Sequence record: MT135025.1
Reading direction: 5' to 3' (one strand)
Length of the DNA stretch: 64,000 bases
Shown here: in pieces, positions 10,301 to 19,091 of the stretch
Position numbering within the stretch: the stretch's first letter is position 1
How the letters are laid out: the number at the start of each line of letters is the position of its first letter
Notes under the pieces: generated by a model
Database searches by the model: none
What the model saw: the letters and a program-made list of their open reading frames with translations, nothing else
Told to the model about the DNA's origin: nothing
Made by a program: the position numbers and the translations under genes

Positions 10301-10860
10301 TTGATTCGTATCGTTTGATTAGATACGACAATGGTATCGGTCTAAACTTCACAGAAGAAACGTCATTACTTGACATGTATGAAGAGCGTGTTTACAACTC
10401 GTTCGGTGAGCTTCAAGTGAAGCCGCATCCGTTAGCTCTTGAAAATCCGTTAGACCATGTGATTCATGATCGTATTCTGAACACGCAAGGCGTGACAATC
10501 ACAGAATACAACGACTACTGGCGTAATGATCGCGTAATCGCCCTTGACGAATCGGTTGCGATTGATGAGCAACGATATATAGAGACAGATACGGGTGATA
10601 TTAATGACATTTGGGGTGGGAAACAGCGCGTTCTTAACCCGAATTACAACCCAACTGCGAAAATTCAACCAGCAGACGCGAACAACTCAGAGCAATGGGG
10701 AATGACGCCGTACGAACGTGCGCCTGCATTCATGTTTGACTGGTCGACAGGGGCAACGAGTATTTCAGATATGTACGAGGATACTGACTACAGACTGAAA
10801 GACAACGTAGGTAACCCATACGACCCAGAAACGCCGACTCAAAAACAAATAGGTGAATAA
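7363..10860 (+). CDS. 7: Baseplate wedge initiator gp7
   Basis: 1165 aa. N-terminal FN3-like segment, 'DFYSTKGILDSYKFLFKLLYNEDVEVEIE', 'DDVIRFVHPIGFGFLGITLLT'; synteny 6-7-8. Confidence 0.92.
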   Translation: MANVLQAPPIMEVSINKLTRNYAELSWTTVGENFRYEIHVRSAVSAELLLTQPFAPLYPNPFTAETRLFTNINESVRYYQWRIRSVYQGFNPSEWIQSDIGYTSETNDYDIVTQDEFTPASSFIEARLNNDNDQYLNSRNQLQATLVRPGFEFDPNMFNADSAAYWFVTNPGFSANYGKVPSVCQSNSRVIPSVIDDVIYAFERWQQVCKVSNDGGKTWQTYKATNSRLGSPVYDCICKQSNTFSYLLGYDYLIQGVSSTDVDYSHDNGLEYSHASVDLTFDKLDFDLGFGFDVERFKDLAILPPQVRHKADAFGVDDVMTVVTYGNTYVWHNNRIPRIFDNVQSDLYGERIFETVGEFDNEPVYFEARIVQNDISRPDFDENTADVCVKKIQYFDDPEQGLDYQDGHMYALVIGEWEHDSNGKRIGTSDPNEIRGVYRLNRTAIMNGDIVVGYSGLSWERVYGNIAEERLLLNERSVISRDNTHLIVGHDLTKNYGEEGNPAYDNRQESSGAPGNYHSTLGSNYGTVDDPYLVADNDEVDEAVRMFTKPFFTTYVKPMTQIIATKDGNTWDYKPQDYYGSAHFNWMQRAETRDWKSWANEIMYYKKESIFRHDFADLDDVRWKETFNEGEYTFEAPNLSIFGFNGYAAGAIIHSKNDNKVIGYYKFPYRVDITAPIRWSPERRVITASLSNYTPVIIEPPAEDPTTMLDPTLTPLIYKMMPENYLDADGFYKQFAKHYLDFISKGDGTAYNNVYNLLNSKNPLDDHYTEYLHKLVYERNRILEPEKRDAVVKFFLARRADFYSTKGILDSYKFLFKLLYNEDVEVEIESLNTFEYAIVVNSNDVTDDIVGRRIYSGTGNADVTYISRHYIEGKRYWKLTLNNLIGELNIGDVLSIDGLDFTATAITRVQGERIDYDSNEFLDRSKSYYVMKLRSEMQLSQYKDDVIRFVHPIGFGFLGITLLTVLINHGISVEHHETIVDSYRLIRYDNGIGLNFTEETSLLDMYEERVYNSFGELQVKPHPLALENPLDHVIHDRILNTQGVTITEYNDYWRNDRVIALDESVAIDEQRYIETDTGDINDIWGGKQRVLNPNYNPTAKIQPADANNSEQWGMTPYERAPAFMFDWSTGATSISDMYEDTDYRLKDNVGNPYDPETPTQKQIGE

Positions 10861-11884
10861 AGTGGCAAAAATTTACAGATCAACAATCACAACAGAATAT
10901 CGAGTTAACAACTTGATGAACTTCTACGAAAACGTAGGTGATGAAGACGACAAGAACACAATTTACCTTATGTTCGGTCGTAATGAGCCTTGGTCAGACC
11001 GCGAAGATGAAATAAACTTCGCGCCACCTTACCCGAACGACAGTCCAGACGGAAAAGCCGACGTTTGGGCGCGTGCGCTCGGTCTGATCAAGATTCCAAA
11101 ATCACAGCTTCGCCCTGTTCTTCCTCGTAAGGACTGGGGCGACCCTGATTTGAATAATTCGCTTCGATTCACATTCGGTGATATTGTAACAGTTAACACT
11201 ATGCCGATCAATAGTCACCCAAGTGCATTGAACGGCTACATGGTTTATCGTTGCATAGACATCCCAGAAACAGACCCGAATAACACAAACATTCGCGGTA
11301 CGTGTTCGATTGCGACAGTAACGAACAAAAATGACTGTGTAGCAGTCGGCGGTGAATGGAATGCACCGTCATCACCAGGTAACCAAGAAAACATCCCACA
11401 CGGCACAGGGAATGCAATCGAAACAGGTGATGGGTACGTATGGGAATATCTTTACACTATTCCACCGAGTGAAGTTCTTACGAACGTAACTCAAGAATAC
11501 ATCGTTTGCCCGTTCCCTGAAGACATTATCGCTGATCGTGTTGCATGGGGTCTAGATCAGAACATCGTTTTCAATGAAAACTACGATGAGACGATTTACA
11601 GTGTAGGCGCAGTGCAGTTGCGATTTCGAGCTAAACTAGCAGGTGCAGACTTCATTCACTTGTTTGGTCCCGGTAATCAGGGCTATCGCCAGATTTCGCT
11701 AGTTCAAAACCCGTTGCTGGTTCGAGAAGAAGGCGCAACGTCGGATACGAAAGCGACTGAAACACGTTATGACCCACACGAGATTCAAGCAGGGACTGGT
11801 CAGATAATTTACATGGAAAATCGCCAGCCGATTCGTAAAACACTTGACCAAGTAGAAGAGTTCAACTTGATCTACAACTTCTAA
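10853..11884 (+). CDS. 8: Baseplate wedge subunit gp8 (start may be GTG 10862)
   Basis: 'IYLMFGRNEPWSDRE...FAPPYPNDS', 'PRKDWGD', 'GDGYVWEYLYTIPP', 'IIYMENRQPIR'. Confidence 0.95.
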   Translation: MNKVAKIYRSTITTEYRVNNLMNFYENVGDEDDKNTIYLMFGRNEPWSDREDEINFAPPYPNDSPDGKADVWARALGLIKIPKSQLRPVLPRKDWGDPDLNNSLRFTFGDIVTVNTMPINSHPSALNGYMVYRCIDIPETDPNNTNIRGTCSIATVTNKNDCVAVGGEWNAPSSPGNQENIPHGTGNAIETGDGYVWEYLYTIPPSEVLTNVTQEYIVCPFPEDIIADRVAWGLDQNIVFNENYDETIYSVGAVQLRFRAKLAGADFIHLFGPGNQGYRQISLVQNPLLVREEGATSDTKATETRYDPHEIQAGTGQIIYMENRQPIRKTLDQVEEFNLIYNF

Positions 11885-11939
11885 TAAATAAAGTAAACAA
11901 CTCATTAGGCGCGTGTTCGCGCCTTTCTTGGAGATTAAG

Positions 11940-12896
11940 ATGGGACGACAAAGATTAGAAACTGGTACTGCGGGTTCGGTTGGTACTGGTGATACAATTC
12001 ACAACGGTGGTAATAAGCTGCGTGACAACTCTGACGAGTTCTACCACATTAACGCAGACTTTGAACTAACTGAAGCAGGTGAAAACTATATCCCTGCTTA
12101 CAATGACACGTCGCCACGCCCTTTTGCAGGTGGCTATTGGCAGAGAATTCCGCCAAGCTCAACTGCGGGTGGTTCAGGTGGACCGAACAACACTAACTTG
12201 CTAACATCAATCATTACTGGTGGTAAGTATGACATCGACACGTCAGCACTAGGCGGCGGGGCATCAATGACATTAAACTTGCCGAAAATCGGTACAACAG
12301 CGGGCATGGCGAAGCGCGGTGAGAGAATTGAATTTCAAAACACGACTGCGACTCTAGACACAAACCCGATTGTTATCTCACCATCAGCAGGTGATGCAAT
12401 TGTTGGTGCGACTGAACTCAACGGCACACAAATCGTTCGTAACAATTACTGCCACATAATCTGTACAGTAATTGATGATGGTACTGGTCTAGCAGGCACA
12501 CCTCAGTGGGGTGTTAAAATCATCCCAATTTTAGGTGACTTCGGTGCGCCAGTTAACGACACGATTTACACAATCCCAGAGACAGTGACAGTCACAATGC
12601 CGCTATTTGATACTTTATCGTATGCAGCGTGTAAGTTGATGGTTTACGCAGAAAACAGCGACCCAGCTCAGGGTGGTGCGGTTACTCGTCGTATGTCATC
12701 AGAATTGTTGCTGCTAAATAATGTAACAGACGTTTATATTGATGAATACTCAGTAATCAATACAGACAAAGATTTCGGTAACTTGGTTCTAATTGAACCG
12801 CGAGTTGATAATGGAACAATCGTTCTCGATATTACATCAAATGACGATAACGTGTCAATTTCAATCAAATCTATCGAAACAATCAGACTATCGTAA
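11940..12896 (+). CDS. 9: Baseplate long-tail-fibre connector gp9
   Basis: ATG 11940 after a GGAG RBS (the ORF-track start 11913 lies inside a hairpin). 'G..GSVGTGDTIHNGGNKLRDN' is the gp9 N-terminus. Confidence 0.88.
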   Translation: MGRQRLETGTAGSVGTGDTIHNGGNKLRDNSDEFYHINADFELTEAGENYIPAYNDTSPRPFAGGYWQRIPPSSTAGGSGGPNNTNLLTSIITGGKYDIDTSALGGGASMTLNLPKIGTTAGMAKRGERIEFQNTTATLDTNPIVISPSAGDAIVGATELNGTQIVRNNYCHIICTVIDDGTGLAGTPQWGVKIIPILGDFGAPVNDTIYTIPETVTVTMPLFDTLSYAACKLMVYAENSDPAQGGAVTRRMSSELLLLNNVTDVYIDEYSVINTDKDFGNLVLIEPRVDNGTIVLDITSNDDNVSISIKSIETIRLS

Positions 12897-12905
12897 GGGA
12901 CAATA

Positions 12906-15152
12906 ATGAAACAGACGATCAACGTCGGGCAAATTGTTGATGACGGTACTGGTGATTACCTACGACAAGGTGGCATTAAGACCCGTGACAATTTCGACGA
13001 AATATACAGTCACTTAGGCGACGGTAGCAGACTCTATGCTGCCGGTGCTTGGCGCAATTGGAAATTTGCTTCTACATATCTAAACGGTGATACATCGTAC
13101 AACCCTGCTAACGCTGAACTGTATTTCGACGAGAACGGCGATGGTCAGGGTCCTGAACTACATACGAATTTCGGCGAGTCATGGACAGTCGATACGTCGC
13201 TTGGTGCAGTCGATGTGTATCTCCCAAGTGGTGTTGAAGAAGCAGACTACGGTAAAGCGATTCGCGTTCGTGATGTTAAGGGTACATGGGACAAACAGCT
13301 TGTAACAATATACCCAGATTCGAAAGACTCAATCAAACGTGTTGCAGGTTCAACTCAGAACGAACTAGGCTCAGGTGCTGAATTCAGCAACGCATATCAA
13401 GATCTTGAGCTAGTGTTTACGCCACCCCGCCATTGGGAATATGTTGCTCAGAAATACGTAAACGGGCTGACATTTGGCGATGTTCCGAGCGTATTACGTC
13501 GTGCAATTATTGCACGTCAAGATCAGCGTGATTTCAACATGTCACTTGAATTGAATGGTGGCGTGTACAACCAAGCTGCGGTTGAAGTATATCGCCGCGG
13601 TAACTTGCTGTACTTCGGAAACGACCTGAATGACTTCAGTGACTACGGCTCAGTTCCGCTTCACACAGTCGAACCGTGGGTTGCTAATAACCCTGAAACG
13701 TATTACGTAGGTGACTTAGTTCGAGGGGACGTGGTTACAGGTCGTGATGACCGAGTATGGCAGTGTATTGTTGAACACAACAGCATCGGTACGTGGGAAG
13801 AGAACAACTGGGCAGAATTTGCAGATTTTCCTGATTATCAACCACATGCAGGTTCAACTGCATATTCAGTAGGTGATGTGGTTACTCAAGTTGTAGGCGG
13901 TTTTGTTCAAACATTTGAATGCTTGATTTCACACACATCAGCGGCGGGTACAACTGACTTAACTACTGATAATCGCTGGAAGCAATTGACAAATGACGAC
14001 TTAGCACCACTTGATGGGCGTACAATTCGTCTTCGATTGCCTGCAAATGAAGCAGACCCGGTCGCAATGGTCACTTATTTGAGTGACGTATCAAGCTTCC
14101 GTAGTAGCTATGTTCTGAAGTCAATCAAAGTGATTGATGAAAATAACTATGGTGTTCAAGAATCACCGGGCGCGGTTGTTAAAAAAGATTTCGTACCGGG
14201 AATGGAAGTTACACTATCAGATTTTGGTCTGCCTGAATATACTCAATTCAATACAGAAACGCTTGAAGTTCTACTTAACGGTACTCAGTTGACAAAATCA
14301 AACACTGCGGGGAATGGTGACAGCCAGAACGGTGGTGATTATGATTATGACTACATTCAAGATGCTGAAGGGCGCTGGAATACAATCGTATTTGCAGAAG
14401 CATTGGCTGATAGTGATGTGATCACAGTCAGATGGTACGATAACGTAATCGGAACTCTTTTGACATGGGATGAAGGCGATGACAACTTGCAAGAGCGTAC
14501 ACGTGAGATTTTCGTTTCTCGTGACGACTGGGCAGACGTTCGTCGATTCAACAAGATCATTTACACTGATCCACAAAACCCGTCTGCGGCTGTTACTGAA
14601 GTTCTACCGGACCCAGAGACATTTGCACCGGGTGGAACGCTAGTTTCGTTATTTGAAAGTATCTTCCCGATTGGCTCAGTGTATACGAATGCGAACAACC
14701 CGAACAACCCCGCCGATTACATGGGATTTGGTACTTGGGTTCGCTATGCGCCAGGTCGTACAATCGTGGGATGGAACCCAAATGATGATGGGAAATTCCA
14801 TCGAAACAATAACAACGAAAACATTGTTCAAGCAGGTGGTACAGGCGGTTCGATTGGCGTGACTCTTACTAAAGAGAACATCCCTGAGCTAATAAGTACA
14901 ACAAACCCTGACTACAACAGTGAAGGTGAACGCGACATTGGAAATGTCAACGAGCAATATAGCTTAGTTGCGCGTTCAGCAACATCGGGTGGTGACATTA
15001 ACTTGAACGGCTGTCTTGGTGACCCAGAGAACACAGTTCCTCTAGCTTACTACAAAGAAGAGCCAATCAAAGTCAACCACGGTCAAATCGCACAAGCAGT
15101 TGACGTAACTCAGCCATACATCACTGCATACACTTGGTTAAGGACTGCATAA
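12906..15152 (+). CDS. 10: Baseplate wedge/tail-pin protein gp10 with an inserted carbohydrate-binding region
   Basis: 'MKQTINVGQIVDDGTGDYLRQGG', C-terminal 'IFPIGSVYTNANNPNNPADYMGFGTWVRY' and 'TQPYITAYTWLRTA'. 748 aa versus about 600 aa in T4. Confidence 0.95.
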   Translation: MKQTINVGQIVDDGTGDYLRQGGIKTRDNFDEIYSHLGDGSRLYAAGAWRNWKFASTYLNGDTSYNPANAELYFDENGDGQGPELHTNFGESWTVDTSLGAVDVYLPSGVEEADYGKAIRVRDVKGTWDKQLVTIYPDSKDSIKRVAGSTQNELGSGAEFSNAYQDLELVFTPPRHWEYVAQKYVNGLTFGDVPSVLRRAIIARQDQRDFNMSLELNGGVYNQAAVEVYRRGNLLYFGNDLNDFSDYGSVPLHTVEPWVANNPETYYVGDLVRGDVVTGRDDRVWQCIVEHNSIGTWEENNWAEFADFPDYQPHAGSTAYSVGDVVTQVVGGFVQTFECLISHTSAAGTTDLTTDNRWKQLTNDDLAPLDGRTIRLRLPANEADPVAMVTYLSDVSSFRSSYVLKSIKVIDENNYGVQESPGAVVKKDFVPGMEVTLSDFGLPEYTQFNTETLEVLLNGTQLTKSNTAGNGDSQNGGDYDYDYIQDAEGRWNTIVFAEALADSDVITVRWYDNVIGTLLTWDEGDDNLQERTREIFVSRDDWADVRRFNKIIYTDPQNPSAAVTEVLPDPETFAPGGTLVSLFESIFPIGSVYTNANNPNNPADYMGFGTWVRYAPGRTIVGWNPNDDGKFHRNNNNENIVQAGGTGGSIGVTLTKENIPELISTTNPDYNSEGERDIGNVNEQYSLVARSATSGGDINLNGCLGDPENTVPLAYYKEEPIKVNHGQIAQAVDVTQPYITAYTWLRTA

Positions 15153-15838
15153 TGACAACTAAAGCAAGACATGCGTCACGAGTGTGGAGCAATGACTCGC
15201 GCATGAAGATTTTCGATCAAACAGCAATTGACGACTCGGGTTTATTCCCGGGTGGTCGCTTCAATTTCCGCGGTGCGGTATTAGGCGATTCAACAATTGA
15301 CGAAATTCAAGAAGGCGCGTGGGATCCGAACGTTCAAGCTGCAATTATGCAGCTTGCAATGGCAGCAATTTTGCCAGTCGGTACTATTATCTCGTCAACA
15401 GACGCAACGAACCCGTTTAACACGAACCAGTTCAACGAAACAATTACATTCACTGGGACTTCGGCAGTTGATAACATCAGCTTATATGGCGTTTCAGTGC
15501 AGTTGACTGTGGGCGATTCAGACAATGACATTGCAGAAAAAGTTTTCACGGCTCTGCACGCCTCGAATCTGTTTGACACCGTTCCGACAGATCACGTCGC
15601 ACCGTCAAACACGTTTCTATTGAAGCACCGCAGTTCTAGACCGCACAATCCTGCGTACTCAACGACGTTTGAAGACATTTTAGACCCAGAAGGTAGTCCA
15701 ACTGGGATTCAAGCTAAAAGCGTCGTCACGGGTTCGTCAGACGGTCAGAAGAGCTTAGGTTACGGGGAATGGGAATTGTATCACACTGATACAACAACAT
15801 TCACTGATACTGTATATTACTACAGAAGGATTGCATAA
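15152..15838 (+). CDS. 11: Baseplate wedge subunit/tail pin gp11
   Basis: ATG overlaps the gene 10 stop (TAATG). 'AAILPVGTII' and C-terminal 'LGYGEWELY...YYYRRIA'; synteny. Confidence 0.85.
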   Translation: MTTKARHASRVWSNDSRMKIFDQTAIDDSGLFPGGRFNFRGAVLGDSTIDEIQEGAWDPNVQAAIMQLAMAAILPVGTIISSTDATNPFNTNQFNETITFTGTSAVDNISLYGVSVQLTVGDSDNDIAEKVFTALHASNLFDTVPTDHVAPSNTFLLKHRSSRPHNPAYSTTFEDILDPEGSPTGIQAKSVVTGSSDGQKSLGYGEWELYHTDTTTFTDTVYYYRRIA

Positions 15839-17376
15839 TGTCAGGAACAAACATATTCACGCACGCGAGTGACGAGGCAAAATATGTTTACCTGCAACCG
15901 TTCACTTCTCCCGGTTCAGCTTTTGAAGCGGGAGGAGATGTTCAGAGTATTTTGGAGCAAATTGATCCAAGCGCATTGCTACCACTGCCGCCGTTACCTT
16001 ATGCAACTCCGACTGAGGACGGTGCAGTTGAGTACTCGACTCAAGCAGAAGCTAATGCACTTGATGATTTATTGACTGTTCTTACACCCGAAACATTAGA
16101 CGGTGTTGATCAGTTTGTATCACCAGCAACCGATACTCAGCTAGGTAACTTACTTGAATTACGTTCAAGTGATTTGACTCGAACATATGCATCGTCAGAT
16201 GCTAGTCGTTTGCTTTCATATCGTCGTCTTGAAGAAATGATGACGACTAGAAATGCACTTGCCGATGACACAACTAATGAATCTCAGGGGTTTGCTCAGT
16301 TTGCAACTCTAGCTGAATCATTAGCATACAACCCATCACGCATAATCTCGCCTATGCGAACGTGGAACTTGATTAAAAAAGAAATTCCAAACCCGTGGGC
16401 GCAAGCAACCGAGACATCAACCGGTGTCGTTAGAACAGTAGCACCGAGTGATTCATTGAAATCAGATGCTTCTATCGCGATTAGTGTCAAAGGGTTGAAT
16501 CATGTATCAGCAACAACTTCAAAGCGAGGTGCGTTTAAGTTAACACAAAACAACTATGATCGCAATGCAAGTGATGCAAACGAATATGCAATAACTCCCG
16601 GTACAATTGATAATTTATTGGCTACGGGTGATAAGGTCGGATTCTTTCAACTCCCTGCTACGTTCACAAACGACTCAACTCAAGCAACTAGTGCGGCATT
16701 AGGCTACGAACTTGCAAATAAACTGGGTCCAGATGGTGGTACGATTACAGGTACGCTTCAATGTGACAACATTTACAGTAATATTGTTACGAGACAAAAG
16801 CAATACAGCTATGGCGGCTCATATTACGTTAATGTAAGAGAAACGCGAGAAGTATTCCCGAACAATCAACTTGACGCTAAAATCGGCTTAGCAGGTCGAC
16901 CAGTCGGGAGCATTTTTCATTGTACAGAAAATGTAGACCCGAATGTTGTATTTGGCGGCGTGTGGTATAGAATCAGAGCAGGTCAAACAATGATCGGTCA
17001 AGGCACGGGCGACGATGGCGTGCGTCGTCGTTACTTCTCGGCAGGGACATATCGCGATGACGACCGAGTTACATTGTACGAGCGCCATTTGCCTAGCCAT
17101 AGTCACAAAAGCTGGGGTGAAACATACTCGGGTTCTAAATCTGCATGTGTTAAGTACGGTACATATCGAAACCCGTATGGCGTGACGTATTACTGTAAAG
17201 AATACAGCTACGTTGATTATTGGAGATTTGGTAAATCTGGCTCTCGCAATAATATAGGCATGGGTTCTACTGACCGAGATAATTACATGTATTACACATC
17301 ACCGGTAGGTGGCGGTCAAGCTCATGAAAACATGATGCCATTCTATCCCGTTTATATTTGGAGACGAGTTAAATGA
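15838..17376 (+). CDS. 12: Short tail fibre gp12, paralogue A
   Basis: 'NIFTHASDEAKYV' N-terminus, fibre repeats, collar 'PVGSIF...NPNVVFGGVW', HxH needle 'LPSHSH', end 'MPFYPVYIWRRVK'. Confidence 0.85.
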   Translation: MSGTNIFTHASDEAKYVYLQPFTSPGSAFEAGGDVQSILEQIDPSALLPLPPLPYATPTEDGAVEYSTQAEANALDDLLTVLTPETLDGVDQFVSPATDTQLGNLLELRSSDLTRTYASSDASRLLSYRRLEEMMTTRNALADDTTNESQGFAQFATLAESLAYNPSRIISPMRTWNLIKKEIPNPWAQATETSTGVVRTVAPSDSLKSDASIAISVKGLNHVSATTSKRGAFKLTQNNYDRNASDANEYAITPGTIDNLLATGDKVGFFQLPATFTNDSTQATSAALGYELANKLGPDGGTITGTLQCDNIYSNIVTRQKQYSYGGSYYVNVRETREVFPNNQLDAKIGLAGRPVGSIFHCTENVDPNVVFGGVWYRIRAGQTMIGQGTGDDGVRRRYFSAGTYRDDDRVTLYERHLPSHSHKSWGETYSGSKSACVKYGTYRNPYGVTYYCKEYSYVDYWRFGKSGSRNNIGMGSTDRDNYMYYTSPVGGGQAHENMMPFYPVYIWRRVK

Positions 17377-18794
17377 GTAAAGGAACTCAAATTTTCAATC
17401 ACGTGATTGATGATGCGGGTACGGTTACAGTTGAAGTCGCTGGTACTGCCTTTGACGGGCAGACTGGCGGCAACGATGATCTTCAGACGTGTCTTGAATT
17501 GATTCAAGATCACGCTGTTCAGCCGTTACCTGATTACCCAGTCGCGTCAACAACTGTGGCTGGTATTACGAAATTAAGTGATGAAGCCGCAGTAGTTGAT
17601 CCGCTAAACACAGATAGCGCGGTTACGCCAAGTTCGCTTGATTATTGGATGCAAAATCACGCAACTGCGACTGAATTGCAGTATGGTTTCGTAAAGCTGA
17701 TAACCGAAAGCACAATCGACACAGTAGCACCGTCAGACCCCGTAGAAGCTGCACAAAAGCACGCATTCACGTTAAAAACGCTGAACTATGCTCTTAATAC
17801 TAGATTTTACGCGACTGAATCTGACCCAGGTGCTGTGCGTCTAGCGACGAACGCGCAAGCAACGACAACAGGCACACTTTCAACGACTGTAGCAATGACG
17901 CCGCAGCGAGTTAAAGAAATGCTTGACGTGTGGGCAAATACAACTGCATCAGACGCATCCGAAACTACAAAAGGGTTGATTCGACTAGCAAACGGGACTG
18001 AAGTCAACAGTACATTAGCGACTGAAGATAACTTGGCAATTTCGCCATATCGTTTTAACTTTAGAACAGCAACTACGACTCGTAAGGCAGGGTTTTATCT
18101 ACCCGACGCTACAGTTGCCAACGCTCGTGCGTCGAACGAACATGCAGTTACAGTGGGCACATTGAATCTATTCAGTGCAAATAGTTCTCGTGTGGGTGTT
18201 GCTAAAATAGCAAATAACCTGACGACGAATGATCCGTTACAAGCTCTAAGCGCAGCAATGGGTTATAAGTTGAACAACGAGAAGATTGGCGATGCAGGTG
18301 GTACAGTCACGGGTACCCTGAAGATCAACAATGTTCAGTCAGTTGGCGGAACTCAGTTGATGACTAATGGTCTAATTGAATCGCAAGCAATGCTTAATAT
18401 GTATCCAGTCGGTTCAGTTTACATGTCGTTAGTATCAACATCACCGGCTACACTTTTCGGTGGTACATGGGCTAGATTGGCACAAGGTCGTGTTCTTGTT
18501 TCAGAGGGTTCATATGGCGGGAGAACTTTTGCAGTTCGCCAAACTGGCGGCGAGTATGAAGTTCAGCTAACTGAAGCAACAATCCCTGCTCATAAACACG
18601 CTGGCTGGGGTGAACATTACGATGGTAATGGTATAGGATTTGGTGTTGCGAAGCAATACGGTCGTAACAACCCAGGTTCTCGTAGAACAGACAGTGACAA
18701 CTATCTATACTACACATCACCAGTCGGTGGTAACCAAGCGCACAACAACGTACAGCCATACTATACTGTTTACATGTGGGAAAGAACTGCATAA
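17373..18794 (+). CDS. 12: Short tail fibre gp12, paralogue B
   Basis: 'FNHVIDDAGTV', 'ASTTVAGITKLS', 'ATESDPGAVRLAT', collar 'YPVGSVYMS..TSPATLFGGTW', 'IPAHKH', end 'QPYYTVYMWERTA'. Confidence 0.88.
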   Translation: MSKGTQIFNHVIDDAGTVTVEVAGTAFDGQTGGNDDLQTCLELIQDHAVQPLPDYPVASTTVAGITKLSDEAAVVDPLNTDSAVTPSSLDYWMQNHATATELQYGFVKLITESTIDTVAPSDPVEAAQKHAFTLKTLNYALNTRFYATESDPGAVRLATNAQATTTGTLSTTVAMTPQRVKEMLDVWANTTASDASETTKGLIRLANGTEVNSTLATEDNLAISPYRFNFRTATTTRKAGFYLPDATVANARASNEHAVTVGTLNLFSANSSRVGVAKIANNLTTNDPLQALSAAMGYKLNNEKIGDAGGTVTGTLKINNVQSVGGTQLMTNGLIESQAMLNMYPVGSVYMSLVSTSPATLFGGTWARLAQGRVLVSEGSYGGRTFAVRQTGGEYEVQLTEATIPAHKHAGWGEHYDGNGIGFGVAKQYGRNNPGSRRTDSDNYLYYTSPVGGNQAHNNVQPYYTVYMWERTA

Positions 18795-18834
18795 AGACAA
18801 GCATAGTATAGCTTGAAAGTCAATGCTAATAAAC

Positions 18835-18863
18835 GGGTGAGATTGATTTCTCACCCTTTTTTT
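18835..18863 (+). terminator. Intrinsic terminator after gene 12B
   Basis: GGGTGAGA-TTGATT-TCTCACCC-T7. Confidence 0.85.
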
Positions 18864-18888
18864 GTATGAGCGAAGCGGTAGAATGGAC

Positions 18889-18966
18889 GAGGCGGAAAAA
18901 TTCCGCATCATCTTAGTAGAATTAGTGGTTTTAGTGAAGTTAGAGATATTAGTATGATTAGTATTA
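18889..18966 (+). repeat. Dispersed non-coding element, copy 1: hairpin plus six 9-nt-spaced TTAG units
   Basis: 39 nt (18889-18927) are identical to the reverse complement of 47125-47163. TTAG occurs at 18913, 18922, 18931, 18940, 18949 and 18958. Confidence 0.9.
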
Positions 18967-18974
18967 AATACTTG

Positions 18975-19003
18975 TTTAAATCCATGAATGTACCTGCTAT
19001 TAT
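18975..19003 (+). promoter_or_regulatory. sigma70-type promoter directly after repeat copy 1
   Basis: TTTAAA-17 nt-TATTAT with a TGn extended -10. Confidence 0.55.
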
Positions 19004-19044
19004 AAACGCATAAAGACATCTCCCTCCTTGATCCTTTGTATTGC

Positions 19045-19052
19045 TATAAATA
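19045..19052 (+). promoter_or_regulatory. Late promoter for wac
   Basis: TATAAATA. Confidence 0.9.
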
Positions 19053-19091
19053 GTAGTAAGCTATGTTCATTTACAATACAAGGGAACAAAA

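Noticed and set aside
11907-11929. GC-rich hairpin between an AATAAATA motif and the gene 9 RBS
   Set aside because: The U-tract is weak and such intercistronic stems are common in T4-like late operons. I used it only to reject the longer 11913 start.
18889-18966. Repeat element considered as a CRISPR array or tRNA
   Set aside because: The units are 9 nt with only 4 conserved bases, there are no spacer-length unique segments, no cas genes, and no cloverleaf.
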